A DNA stretch of 39,624 nucleotides from a virus (taxonomy: Duplodnaviria; Caudoviricetes). Positions 1 through 8,713 of this stretch are shown here, in pieces. The translations under genes were made by a program, and so were the position numbers. Numbering within the stretch: the stretch's first letter is position 1; each line of letters opens with the position of its first letter. Where the stretch lies: positions 1-39,624 of the IMG/VR virus record IMGVR_UViG_3300009095_000006. One strand, given 5' to 3'. A model generated the notes under the pieces. The model did not search any database. It had not been told where the DNA came from and was given only the letters and a program-made list of their open reading frames with translations.

Positions 1-123
1 AGGTCGTCCTCGGGCTCGTCGCCGCTGGGCTGCGCCGGCAGCTGTACGCCTGCTGGCAGCGTCGCCATGGGCCAGCGCCACCCAGCCTCGTCGACCCATA
101 CAGCGGCGTTTGGGGCGAACCAG
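1..123 (+). repeat. Terminal direct repeat, left copy (probably assembly overlap of a circular contig)
   Basis: 1-123 (aggtcgtcctcggg...ggcgaaccag) is identical to 39502-39624. Confidence 0.97.
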
Positions 124-275
124 GGACGCCCTGGCGGCACACCCTCGGGGGGCTCGTGCCCAGCGTAGGGACGCTTCCACCAGTTGGGGTCCCGTGGCTC
201 GATTACCTCGAGCCCCGCCGGCTTCGGCTCGGGCTTGCGGAGCCAGGGGAAGGTTCTGCTCAGGTCCCGGCTCAT
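1..275 (-). CDS. Hypothetical protein (110 aa, Pro/Trp-rich) spanning the circular junction; continues 39501 to 39444
   Basis: ATG at 275 overlaps the stop of the upstream ORF (ATGA). Reads MSRDLSRTFPWLRKPEP...EPEDD/LIKQLIEVQRRYWDEKPEM* in frame through the junction. Not in the supplied track. Confidence 0.65.
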   Translation of the reverse strand, partial: MSRDLSRTFPWLRKPEPKPAGLEVIEPRDPNWWKRPYAGHEPPEGVPPGRPWFAPNAAVWVDEAGWRWPMATLPAGVQLPAQPSGDEPEDD

Positions 276-481
276 TGTTCGTAGTGCTCCGCGAGCCAGC
301 GACGCAAAAGCGTCGCCTCACGCTGCAATTCATCAATGGTTCTCACGGCTTGCTCAATGTCGTCATTGGTCAGCCTGCGGCCCGGCTTCGCCTTTATTAG
401 TCTGACCAGCCGGAACAATTTCTTTCCAGACTGGTTATAATAATTCGGTTTAGACATAACGATTCCCAGTGGTTTAACCAA
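272..481 (-). CDS. Hypothetical protein (real start possibly MSKPN at 457)
   Basis: ORF translationally coupled to the next gene by an ATGA overlap; helical charged C-terminus. Confidence 0.55.
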   Translation of the reverse strand: MVKPLGIVMSKPNYYNQSGKKLFRLVRLIKAKPGRRLTNDDIEQAVRTIDELQREATLLRRWLAEHYEQ

Positions 482-710
482 TAGTGAGGGGATAGTGAAG
501 GGAAAGTGAAGGGATCCTTCAGCCGATTCCTGAATGATTACGCACGAGTGAAGGGATGAAGGGATGAATGCTTATAAGCATATTGGGGAGGAGTTAGGCG
601 CGCGCGTAGCGAGAGCCTTAGGGATCATCCCTTCAGTCCTTCACCCCCACGAAACCATTAAACTTTTCCCTTCATTATCCCTTCACTATCCCTTCACTAT
701 CCCTTCACTA
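481..710. other. Putative replication origin: inverted 11-bp iteron arrays around a 14-bp palindrome
   Basis: Three ATAGTGAAGGG-like copies at 481-513 and TGAAGGG copies at 547-563; inverse CCCTTCACTAT-like copies x4 at 668-710 and partial copies at 627-643; palindrome ATGCTTATAAGCAT at 568-581; AT-rich; directly downstream of the SF3 helicase gene. Confidence 0.65.
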
Positions 711-2339
711 CTCACAACTGCGCGATATTATTGCTCTTCGATTCTTTGGGTCTGGACTCTTGTCCACAATGACGCCGGGTATCTTCCGTACCGTTCTGGA
801 AAAGTCGATTAAACTCCGATGCTTACCTGCGGTTTTATGCACGAATGCCGTCCACTCTACATAGCGATTCCAGACGTCTTCGAGAGACGGCCACGAGCCT
901 TTCGGTGACTGCGAGCAATCCGACGTGTTCGATTCGATGAACGCCGCGATATCACCATCGCTCATCATCCACGCGGCCATGAGCCGCGCCGAGCATTCGG
1001 GTTTCGCGAGGCTTCCGCCGCGAAGCAGCTCCAGCGCTGCCTGGCATGCCCAAACGACGATCTCCCGGCGTTCCAGCGAGTAGAGTTTTTGCGCGAGCGC
1101 GCGGTCAGCGTGCGCCTCGTCAATCGTGTTCGGAAACTCGATGATATCGTGCCGGCGCTGAAAGCCGCGCGTCTTGTCGTCGGTTTTCCAGAGCTGCTGG
1201 CACGCCAGAAACCACGTCGCCTTCACGTCCACGGTGAACGAGTTGACGCCCGAGCCGAAGTGGCGTCCCGAGAGCTTGCCGAACGCGGTTGCCGTCTTGT
1301 AGTGCGAGCTGTCGCGCATTGCGCGCTCGCTCACGTCATCGCAAAACACGGCGCTCTTGCCGTGCAGACGAGCTCGCCCCTCGGCGCCGTCGCCCGTGCC
1401 CGAGCTCAGGTCTTGCGGGTTGAGCGGCAGCCACGAATCGGGAGGCATGCACAGCTGCGTGAGCTCGATGAGCGTGCTTTTGCCGTCGTGGCCGGCTCCC
1501 TTCAGAATCAGCACACTGTGCAGGTTCGCGAGCTTTTGCGCGCCGAGCATCGCGAGCCCCATCTGTTGGCGAATGCGCAGAATGCGCGCCTCGCGCTCTC
1601 TCTCCTCCACGCCCGCAAACGTGTCCTCTCTCAGCACCCTGAGCAACCACGTCGGCTCGACGGGTTCGTCGCTCCACGCGAACGGATATGCGTACGTCGC
1701 TCGCCACTCGGGCGAATTGTCCTCGAGCCGAGCAGTGCGCGTGCGCCGGTCGTAGACCAGCGTCCGATCGCCAAAAACAGCGAGCGCCGGACTCGTCGCA
1801 AACGGATCGCCGATGCCCAGCTGTCGCGCCAGCACGTCAGTAAAGAGCGCCTTCCGCACGGCAGCGAGGTTGCCCGGATTGAAAAACCACGGCATGCCCG
1901 CGCCCGTCTCGCCTCGCTTGGCTTGAATCGTCTGCGCGCCGTGATAGAGCTTCACGGCCTTGTCGAGCCATTCGTCAGGCATCGGCGCAAAGACATCTCC
2001 GAGCCATAGCCAGAGCTTGTTGCCGCTCGCCAGGCACACCGTGTGTTTGGCGTCCAGCGCGTTGAGCAGCATCTCTCCTATCGCGTGACTGGTCACGTCT
2101 TTCACCGACGAATCGGTGAACTCGCGATTGCAGTCCGGCGCCGCGATCACGTCGGGATATTCGATGGGCTCGGGCGACAGCCACTCCTCGGGAGTGGGCA
2201 CGCTCACGGTCGGCTTGCGCGGAGCGTTCGCTTCGGGCTCCTCCGCTATTCGGAATGAGCTCGACTTGTCCCCAACCTCGCGCGCTGCACGAGGCGGCGC
2301 ACCGTTTTTTAGCCGGTCCCGAATATCTGTGACGCTCAC
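708..2339 (-). CDS. D5/P4-family SF3 helicase (primase-associated)
   Basis: Walker A GAGHDGKST, Walker B AVFCDD, DKTRGFQRR motif, C-terminal wHTH-like region; GTG start with AAGGAG RBS. Confidence 0.85.
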   Translation of the reverse strand: MSVTDIRDRLKNGAPPRAAREVGDKSSSFRIAEEPEANAPRKPTVSVPTPEEWLSPEPIEYPDVIAAPDCNREFTDSSVKDVTSHAIGEMLLNALDAKHTVCLASGNKLWLWLGDVFAPMPDEWLDKAVKLYHGAQTIQAKRGETGAGMPWFFNPGNLAAVRKALFTDVLARQLGIGDPFATSPALAVFGDRTLVYDRRTRTARLEDNSPEWRATYAYPFAWSDEPVEPTWLLRVLREDTFAGVEEREREARILRIRQQMGLAMLGAQKLANLHSVLILKGAGHDGKSTLIELTQLCMPPDSWLPLNPQDLSSGTGDGAEGRARLHGKSAVFCDDVSERAMRDSSHYKTATAFGKLSGRHFGSGVNSFTVDVKATWFLACQQLWKTDDKTRGFQRRHDIIEFPNTIDEAHADRALAQKLYSLERREIVVWACQAALELLRGGSLAKPECSARLMAAWMMSDGDIAAFIESNTSDCSQSPKGSWPSLEDVWNRYVEWTAFVHKTAGKHRSLIDFSRTVRKIPGVIVDKSPDPKNRRAIISRSCE

Positions 2340-3175
2340 GCCGTTAGCTCCTTCATGATGTCTTGGCAGTGCGCATGGGCGCAGTAAAGCCAGCCTGGCC
2401 CCCGTCCGCCCGGGGGCGGCTCGAACAAGACTGTGTCACCGGCGAAACGCCGTCGCTTCTCCGAGTGCTGTGATTCATTGGGGCATCGCACCGCCCACAC
2501 TCCCGGACGAATCTGCGGCCCCAAGTCACCCCGAGCACGGAATATGTGCACGAGCGTGTCACGCTGCGCTCGCGTGCCCACTGGCATTGCGCGCCGCCGC
2601 ATATCCCATTCTTCGCGCTCGACGCGCTTCGCGAAGAATATCTCGCTCTCCAGCCACTCCGGGCAATCCGCTATCTCCGCCTCGCGCGGCGAAACCTCGA
2701 ACTCATAGCAGTGTTCGCTGCCCCGCTTGGTGCTCGGCGGCAAGAGCACGTAGCCTTTCGGCAGGCCCTTGATATCCACCTGGCCGCTGGTGTCCTTCAG
2801 GCCTTTGGTGACCACGCTCTGCAACGCGGGTGTTGCAGCGAACCAATAGTGGCCGTTATTGCCGCGGCGCGGCGTCAGCGTTTTGACAGTGCGCGGCAGC
2901 TGCGGTCGATGTGCGAGCCAGTGATGGCCCCCGGAGCGCTCGTCCACGTCCAAGACGAACACGCCGGGCGCATAGCGCAGCGCCCACCCGATGTTCGCGC
3001 CGGGAAACGCCTCCCATACTTCGCGCACGAACGCAGGATCGTCCGAGGCTGATAGCTCTCCGTGTGTGTCTTTGCACGGGAACTTGGTCCCTCGTGCGCA
3101 CGGGAATACACAGAAGCCAAGTTCAGCATAATAGACGGCGCACCGCTGCATGCGCCGGGCATGTGCGTCAAGCAT
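2336..3175 (-). CDS. Bifunctional DNA primase/polymerase (Prim-Pol, AEP) domain protein
   Basis: YAELGFCVFPC..GTKFP, ANIG, FVLDVD, GHYWF, VDIKG..GYVLLPPS motifs; C-terminal CP..H / C.H.HC Zn-binding motifs; GGAGG RBS before ATG at 3175. Confidence 0.88.
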   Translation of the reverse strand: MLDAHARRMQRCAVYYAELGFCVFPCARGTKFPCKDTHGELSASDDPAFVREVWEAFPGANIGWALRYAPGVFVLDVDERSGGHHWLAHRPQLPRTVKTLTPRRGNNGHYWFAATPALQSVVTKGLKDTSGQVDIKGLPKGYVLLPPSTKRGSEHCYEFEVSPREAEIADCPEWLESEIFFAKRVEREEWDMRRRAMPVGTRAQRDTLVHIFRARGDLGPQIRPGVWAVRCPNESQHSEKRRRFAGDTVLFEPPPGGRGPGWLYCAHAHCQDIMKELTA

Positions 3176-3329
3176 AATCCTCCCGAGGACGACGGTCGCA
3201 TGGCCTCGGCTGACGGACGAACCGTCTTGGCCCCCGGAGCGACCGGGGGCCATGCACCCGAGGAGAATGCGTTTTGCACCATGCTGCAAAACGGCCGAGA
3301 CGTCAAGCCACGGATGAGACGCGATGGGT

Positions 3330-3371
3330 GATATCTTTTTTATTGCACCGAGGCAGATTGCCTGATATCAC
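3330..3371 (+). promoter_or_regulatory. Divergent promoter region with two GATATC boxes; TTGCAC-17-TATCAC for the helicase operon
   Basis: GATATC at 3330 and 3364; TTGCAC 3343-3348, TATCAC 3366-3371; on the minus strand TTGACG-17-CATGGT faces Prim-Pol. Confidence 0.5.
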
Positions 3372-3415
3372 AGTGGCCCGAGGGCAAGCCACAGGCGGCC
3401 CGGAAAGGTAATCCA

Positions 3416-5197
3416 ATGCAACTCGCAATGACTCGCGCCGACATCCCCGTTCTCCGCCCTTATCAGCAAGACTGCTGTGCTCAGATAGAGGACGCATGGG
3501 CGAGCGAGATGCGCCGCATGATTCTCGTTCTGCCGACGGGTGGCGGCAAAACCGAATGCGCGAACTACCTGTCGCGCAACGCGCGCTCTCCGCTATTCAT
3601 CGCGCACCGTCGCAACCTGGTCGCCCAAGCCCAGCGCCGGCTCGGCATGGCGACGGGAACCATTCAGTCGCTGCGCAGCCAGCAGAAGGCTGGCAGGAAC
3701 CCGCTTGCTGGTGTTGACCTGGTGATATGGGATGAGATCCACCATGGTGATTCACAGGACTGGCAAGCCATCTTTGACGCCGTGCCCGAGCAAGTGCCGA
3801 TGCTCGGGCTCACGGCCACGCCCTGGCGTTTTACGCACGGCGCGAGCGCCGAATCGAAGAAAAAGAACGCGCGCTTTGGCAAAGGACTCGGCGATCTGTT
3901 CGACGGAATGGTCATCGGTGCCAAGCCGAGCGACCTCGTGCGCGACGGCTATCTCGTGCCGCTCGAAGTGATCAACGTGGTCGAGGCAGAGGACCGCCGC
4001 GCGCGCGTCGTGGGCGAGCTCGGCCCGAGCTACGACAAAGAGGAGCATCGCTATACGGGGCGCATCAAGGCCGATGCCGAGCAGCGCCTGTGCGCCTATT
4101 CGGCGTGGCGCCGGTACGCCGGTGGCCGCAAGACGATCGTGTTCTGCCATCTCGTGGCATCCGCCGAGCTCGCGCTGGAGCGCTTCCAGGCAGCCGGCGT
4201 CCCGAGCGCCATCGTGCACGGCAAGATGAAGCCGGCGGAATGCGAAGCGCAACTCGCGCAGTTTGCGCGCGGCGAGATTCGCGTGCTCGTCAACTGCATG
4301 CAGCTCACCGAAGGGACCGACGTGCCGGATATCGAGTGCCTGATTCTCGACCGTGGCTGCAGCTCGCTCAATGCGTATATCCAGATCTGCGGCCGAGCAG
4401 CGCGCTCGGCGCCGGGCAAGACTGGCGCTCTGATTCTCGACCTGACGGGCGCCAGCGTCGAGCACGGCCACCCGCAGAAAGACCAAGACTACTGGGTCGT
4501 CACCGCCGAGAATCGTAACGTGAGCGAGCAGTGTTGCACGGTGTGTGGCACCAAAGTCAGCCCGATGTTTCCCACGCGCTGCATGCGCTGCGACCCGTTC
4601 ATACCGGTAGTTGGCGCGCGGCGCGAAGTGCTCGATTGTGGCGGCCGCATCTACTCGCGTCTCAAAGCAGCCACGAGCGAAGCCAACGACGATCAGACGC
4701 GCGACGAGATGGCCATCGAGGCGATGAGCCTGGCGCTCGAGCTAGCGGACATCACCGAAGCCGAGCGGGCCATCGCAGAAGAGGAGATTCGTTTGGCCAA
4801 GGCCAGCATGCAGCGACGCGAAAACGAGAGGCGCGTCGAGCTCGCGCGTATCGAAGCGGCTCGGGTCGAAGCCGAGCAGCAATCCGAGAAGGCCAAGCGG
4901 CAACACCAGATTGTTGGCAGGCTGCGCGTTGCGCTCGAAAGGAACGTGCGCTACGCGCGGGAAAAGCAGTGGAGCATCAGCTGGGCCGCCAAGCGCACGC
5001 GCGATGAGCAATTCCCCGGCATCTATGATCGGTCCAGCTTCGAGCTGCCACCGGAGCTCAGCGCGGCGCTCAAAGCGATCGACGCAACGGGCGAGCTGCA
5101 AGCCTACGAGCTCCAGCGCATGATGAGCGATGAGCGCACGGCCAAGTTCGGGCAGGCCTGGTGTCGGCGCAAGGTGGCGCGCCTGTTCGGGCACTGA
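3416..5197 (+). CDS. SF2 (DEAD/DEAH-like) DNA helicase with C-terminal Zn finger
   Basis: LRPYQ Q-motif, PTGGGKT, DEIHH, LTATP, EGTDVP, QICGRAAR; CTVC...CMRC. Confidence 0.92.
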   Translation: MQLAMTRADIPVLRPYQQDCCAQIEDAWASEMRRMILVLPTGGGKTECANYLSRNARSPLFIAHRRNLVAQAQRRLGMATGTIQSLRSQQKAGRNPLAGVDLVIWDEIHHGDSQDWQAIFDAVPEQVPMLGLTATPWRFTHGASAESKKKNARFGKGLGDLFDGMVIGAKPSDLVRDGYLVPLEVINVVEAEDRRARVVGELGPSYDKEEHRYTGRIKADAEQRLCAYSAWRRYAGGRKTIVFCHLVASAELALERFQAAGVPSAIVHGKMKPAECEAQLAQFARGEIRVLVNCMQLTEGTDVPDIECLILDRGCSSLNAYIQICGRAARSAPGKTGALILDLTGASVEHGHPQKDQDYWVVTAENRNVSEQCCTVCGTKVSPMFPTRCMRCDPFIPVVGARREVLDCGGRIYSRLKAATSEANDDQTRDEMAIEAMSLALELADITEAERAIAEEEIRLAKASMQRRENERRVELARIEAARVEAEQQSEKAKRQHQIVGRLRVALERNVRYAREKQWSISWAAKRTRDEQFPGIYDRSSFELPPELSAALKAIDATGELQAYELQRMMSDERTAKFGQAWCRRKVARLFGH

Positions 5198-5236
5198 CCA
5201 CCGCACGGGGCCGCGCGAAAGATGTTGCGCGGCCCC

Positions 5237-5257
5237 TGATATCGTGGGATGATATCT
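5237..5257. promoter_or_regulatory. Paired GATATC boxes (13-bp spacing) immediately upstream of ATG 5260
   Basis: GATATC at 5238 and 5251. Confidence 0.55.
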
Positions 5258-5259
5258 GC

Positions 5260-5469
5260 ATGGCAGATCAATTCAAACCCGGGTGGGTCGACAACCTGGC
5301 CCACCTGCCCAAGCAGGAGCAGGAAAAAGCTGCCGCGCCTCGGCGCTTTTTCCGGACGAACTACAATCGCGAGAGCGCCGCACGCGGCGGGCGCAAGGGA
5401 CGCGCGCGGGGCGGTCGCTCCAGGAAGGTCGATCAGATTCTTTCGGAGCTCGACGAATGCGAACCGTGA
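5260..5469 (+). CDS. Small basic hypothetical protein (69 aa)
   Basis: MADQFKPGW...; follows the GATATC boxes and overlaps the next gene; AARGGRKG basic motif. Confidence 0.55.
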   Translation: MADQFKPGWVDNLAHLPKQEQEKAAAPRRFFRTNYNRESAARGGRKGRARGGRSRKVDQILSELDECEP

Positions 5470-5897
5470 TCGTCGCTGGCCCACGGCGTGGCAAGAGCAC
5501 GCTGGCTCGCGAGCTGTCGAGCCAATCGCGCGCGCTGGTCTACTGCGGCGACCCTCGCTCCAAGGTAAAGGAGCCGCTACCTGGTGTGATGTACCTACCC
5601 GAGGGTATCCCGTTCGCGGGCGACGACGGCGCCGCCGAATGGGTGCAGCGCAACTGGCTCGGGCGCCCCGGGCACTGGATCTGCGAGGGGCATGTCATGG
5701 CGCGCGCGCTGCGACGGTGGATGCGCGACAAGCCGGGGATGATGCCGTGCGATCAGATCGTCGTACTAGATCGGGCCGGGTTCAACGACCCGAGCCCGGG
5801 TCAGAATGCGATGCACACGGGAGTGATGAGGGTATGGCGGGAGATAGAGCCCTGCTACCGCGCAATCGTCGACCGAAGACTGAGCCGGTATTCATGA
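5457..5897 (+). CDS. Small P-loop NTPase, probably NMP-kinase-like
   Basis: N-terminal VIVAGPRRGKST ([AG]x4GKS) and WICEG Walker-B-like strand; 146 aa. Confidence 0.65.
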   Translation: MRTVIVAGPRRGKSTLARELSSQSRALVYCGDPRSKVKEPLPGVMYLPEGIPFAGDDGAAEWVQRNWLGRPGHWICEGHVMARALRRWMRDKPGMMPCDQIVVLDRAGFNDPSPGQNAMHTGVMRVWREIEPCYRAIVDRRLSRYS

Positions 5898-6031
5898 GCG
5901 AGCACCCGGATTATCCCAAGTGGGGAACTCCGGAATGGGCGCCGATGCTGGGTCCCGATCGGGTGGATCTTTGGGTTGGGTTGCATGTGCAGCAAAGAGA
6001 AAGGGAGAAGGAGGGGCGGCGCCGTGGGTGA
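5894..6031 (+). CDS. Hypothetical protein (45 aa)
   Basis: ATGA overlap with the upstream gene; fills the gap in the operon. Confidence 0.45.
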   Translation: MSEHPDYPKWGTPEWAPMLGPDRVDLWVGLHVQQREREKEGRRRG

Positions 6032-6515
6032 AAAGTTCACTGGGGCGGGCGACTGGCTGCTCTCGTTCCCAGAGGCGCGGCACGCCATTGCGTACTCGGG
6101 GGTCGACATTCCGGGCGAGCTGATCGTCAGAGCCGCGGCGCGCGCTTGCGGCGACGCGAGCATCATTCGCGCCGCGCTGAACGACATCGAGGCACGAGGT
6201 CTGATCCACAGGGTGAGGTATACACCCCATGGTCCGGACCCTTTGGTTTCGCCCGATTTCGTGGTTCGCGGCCAGAGCGAGCACAACGGCCCTGTCTGGA
6301 AGTGGGTCTATCGCAAGGGCCCGGCGCCACAGAGTGCCGGCGTCTCTCGAGACGGCGTATCGCAGCACCTGTCGGCCCACACCAAGAGGCTGGACGATGC
6401 GAACGCCAAGCACGAACGGCGCGGAACGGCGCGCACCTGGCGCAAGCGCGAGCGCCGCTATGCCGAGTGGGTCGCAGCGCTGTCGACGTGGCGCCAAGAG
6501 CAGGGGTTCGCATGA
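6024..6515 (+). CDS. Hypothetical protein
   Basis: GTG at 6024 with AGGAGG upstream; stop overlaps the next ATG. Confidence 0.55.
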   Translation: MGEKFTGAGDWLLSFPEARHAIAYSGVDIPGELIVRAAARACGDASIIRAALNDIEARGLIHRVRYTPHGPDPLVSPDFVVRGQSEHNGPVWKWVYRKGPAPQSAGVSRDGVSQHLSAHTKRLDDANAKHERRGTARTWRKRERRYAEWVAALSTWRQEQGFA

Positions 6516-6823
6516 GGCGGTCGCGCATCGCTCCACACGCGCGCGCCATGCAGAGCCTCGCCAATGACGGTCTCTCGCTCAGGGAGATCGGAGAGCGGTT
6601 CGGCTTCGCACCGTCGAGTATCAGGCCATATGTGCGCACCAAGCGCCGCCGAGTCCTTCGGCCTGACCTGTTAGCGACAGAAGTCCTGGCGACGCTGGCG
6701 AGCGGCGCGTCGGAGTCTCAGGCGGCGAAGCTCTTCGGTTGTTCGCGCTTTCTGATACGGCTCAGGAGCGGGCGATCGGTGAACCGTCCCGGTAAGCTGA
6801 GGGGGCGGCAGCCGGATAAATGA
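6512..6823 (+). CDS. Tandem helix-turn-helix DNA-binding protein
   Basis: GLSLREIGERFGFAPSSIR and GASESQAAKLFGCSRFLIR both fit HTH patterns; ATGA coupling at both ends. Confidence 0.7.
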   Translation: MRRSRIAPHARAMQSLANDGLSLREIGERFGFAPSSIRPYVRTKRRRVLRPDLLATEVLATLASGASESQAAKLFGCSRFLIRLRSGRSVNRPGKLRGRQPDK

Positions 6824-7188
6824 GCGTGTTGATCCGGCTGAATAGAGGCTCGCGCCGGGCGAGCAAGCTCGCTCGGTCGGAGGCAGAAGAGGCGTTCGCC
6901 CGCGCGTGGGGCGAGCGCCTTCCTGCTTTTTGCCGCGAGTGGCGGTTTCATCCGAGGCGCAAGTGGCGCCTCGACTTTGCGTGGCCCGGATATCAGATTG
7001 CGCTGGAATGCGAGGGCCTCGGTCGCCACCAATTCGTAAAGGGCTACCGCGGCGACTGCGAGAAGTATTCGGAAGCCGCGGCCATGGGTTGGTGTGTGCT
7101 GCGCGTCATGAGCTGCGACATGGCCAAGGCCCACGAATGGGTTGACTTGGTGCAACAGGCCATTGCAAACCGGGAGCTCACGCGCTAG
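6820..7188 (+). CDS. PD-(D/E)xK-type endonuclease (DUF559/Vsr-like)
   Basis: EWRFHPRRKWRLDFAWP..IALECEG..H...D.EKY..A..MGW.VLR pattern typical of phage endonucleases. Confidence 0.8.
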   Translation: MSVLIRLNRGSRRASKLARSEAEEAFARAWGERLPAFCREWRFHPRRKWRLDFAWPGYQIALECEGLGRHQFVKGYRGDCEKYSEAAAMGWCVLRVMSCDMAKAHEWVDLVQQAIANRELTR

Positions 7189-7372
7189 GGTTCCGATCAC
7201 GGGTTATCCCCGGCCTCTCTCCGAGAGCACCCAGCCCGATTCCGGGCTGCCATGCCGGCGACGACATGGCGCCTAGCCAGCGAGACACGGCGCGCGCCTC
7301 CACCAGCGCCTCCAACGGTGAGCCGATGCAGCAAACGAGCTGCGTTCCACCGATGAAAAAGGAGGCGCCATG
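7189..7372 (+). promoter_or_regulatory. Structured 5' leader of the capsid gene with anti-RBS segments
   Basis: GCGCCTCC at 7294 and 7306 and CATGGCGCCT at 7265 are complementary to the RBS/start GGAGGCGCCATG (7361-7372); hairpins at 7232-7249 and 7328-7343. Confidence 0.5.
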
Positions 7373-8680
7373 GCGCTCATCTACGTTGATCAGTACTTGC
7401 ACCGGCGGTACGCGCGCCCGGGCAAGATCGAATGCATGGCCGTGCACGACAAACCCGTGCTCGACATGCTAAAAAAGGGGAAGCACTCGGGCTCAGGCTT
7501 GACGTTCCACGAGCCGGTGCGCGTCAGCAACCCGCAGGGTTTGAGCGCGACGCGCGCGACCACGCAGGAAACCAGCGGCGGAACGCATGCCGGCGCGACC
7601 AGCGTGGTTGCCGAGTGGTCGCTGCCTTACGGTGACTACACGGGCGGCGTCGAGATCAGCGACAAGGCCATCGACGCTGGCGGCGACGTGCCCTCGGGCT
7701 CGTATCTGAGCCCGATCGGTCTCGAAACTGACGGCATCATCGAAGAGTTCGGCGAGGTGATGGATACCTATCTATGGGCCGAGCCGGGCAAGAGCGTCGG
7801 GCAGTACAACGGCAACAACATCAGCACGGGCGTCATCACGCTCACGGGTGATGCTGCCGAGTCGCAGATCATGAACTTCAACATCGGCGCGCCGTTTCAG
7901 GTTTCGGCGAACGATGGCTCTGGCGCACATTCGCTGCTCGGTAGCGGTTCCACGGGTTGGGTGATCGCGGTCAACTATGACACGTTGCAGGTCACGTTTT
8001 CGACGACCGCGGGCGGCAGCGCGGGCACCCCGACTGGCTGGGATACGGCCGACACGAGCCTTTTCCTCTTCAGAAAGGGTGACTTCCAGGGAACCAGCGG
8101 CAACACGCCGGTGTTCATCATCGACTCGTTCGCTGATTGGATTCCGAGCTCGGCGCCTGGCTCCACCGCCTTCAAGGGCGTGGATCGCTCCGTTGACTCG
8201 CGACTCGGCGGCGCTCGCTTGACCTCCACGCAAGCCGCTGGGCTCTCCAACGAAGAGCGCATCAAGCGGCTTGTGACGAAGCTGAACAGCACGTTCGGTG
8301 GCAGCGGCGAGAAGCTGGTCGTGCTCGAATCGATCCAGTGGCAAAAGCTCGCGAGCGTGCTCGAGGCGCGCGGGCAACGTCCGCTGGACGGGAGGACTGC
8401 GAATCTTTCCTACCAGTACATCACGCTGCAGACGGGCAAGGGCCTGGCCAAGGTCATCAGCTCTCCCAAGTGCAGGCCAGATACCTTCTGGGCCCTGGAG
8501 ATCGACAAGTGGACGCTCCGAACCCTGAGTGGCTTCCCCAAGGTCATGAAGGGCGACGGCTTCACGATGCTGCGGAAGGCCACCTCGGACAAGTACGAGT
8601 TCCGAATCGCTTGCTACGGCCACATCTCGACTCCATACCCGTCGCGGCACGGTCGCGGCCCCATCGACGTGAGCCAGTAA
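7370..8680 (+). CDS. Major capsid protein (probable HK97 fold)
   Basis: 436 aa, strong AAGGAGG RBS, first gene of a structural block; FKGVDRS motif and YEFRIACYG C-terminal pattern resemble podovirus capsids (inference). Confidence 0.7.
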   Translation: MALIYVDQYLHRRYARPGKIECMAVHDKPVLDMLKKGKHSGSGLTFHEPVRVSNPQGLSATRATTQETSGGTHAGATSVVAEWSLPYGDYTGGVEISDKAIDAGGDVPSGSYLSPIGLETDGIIEEFGEVMDTYLWAEPGKSVGQYNGNNISTGVITLTGDAAESQIMNFNIGAPFQVSANDGSGAHSLLGSGSTGWVIAVNYDTLQVTFSTTAGGSAGTPTGWDTADTSLFLFRKGDFQGTSGNTPVFIIDSFADWIPSSAPGSTAFKGVDRSVDSRLGGARLTSTQAAGLSNEERIKRLVTKLNSTFGGSGEKLVVLESIQWQKLASVLEARGQRPLDGRTANLSYQYITLQTGKGLAKVISSPKCRPDTFWALEIDKWTLRTLSGFPKVMKGDGFTMLRKATSDKYEFRIACYGHISTPYPSRHGRGPIDVSQ

Positions 8681-8713
8681 TTCAGCGCTGAAACACGCCG
8701 AAAAGGAGCAACC

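Noticed and set aside
481-710. Repeat cluster as a CRISPR mini-array
   Set aside because: Repeats are 8-11 bp, contiguous and in inverted orientation, with no unique spacers; no cas genes
564-812. 82-aa ORF over the iteron region
   Set aside because: It translates the repeat array and overlaps the helicase 3' end in antisense; more likely non-coding
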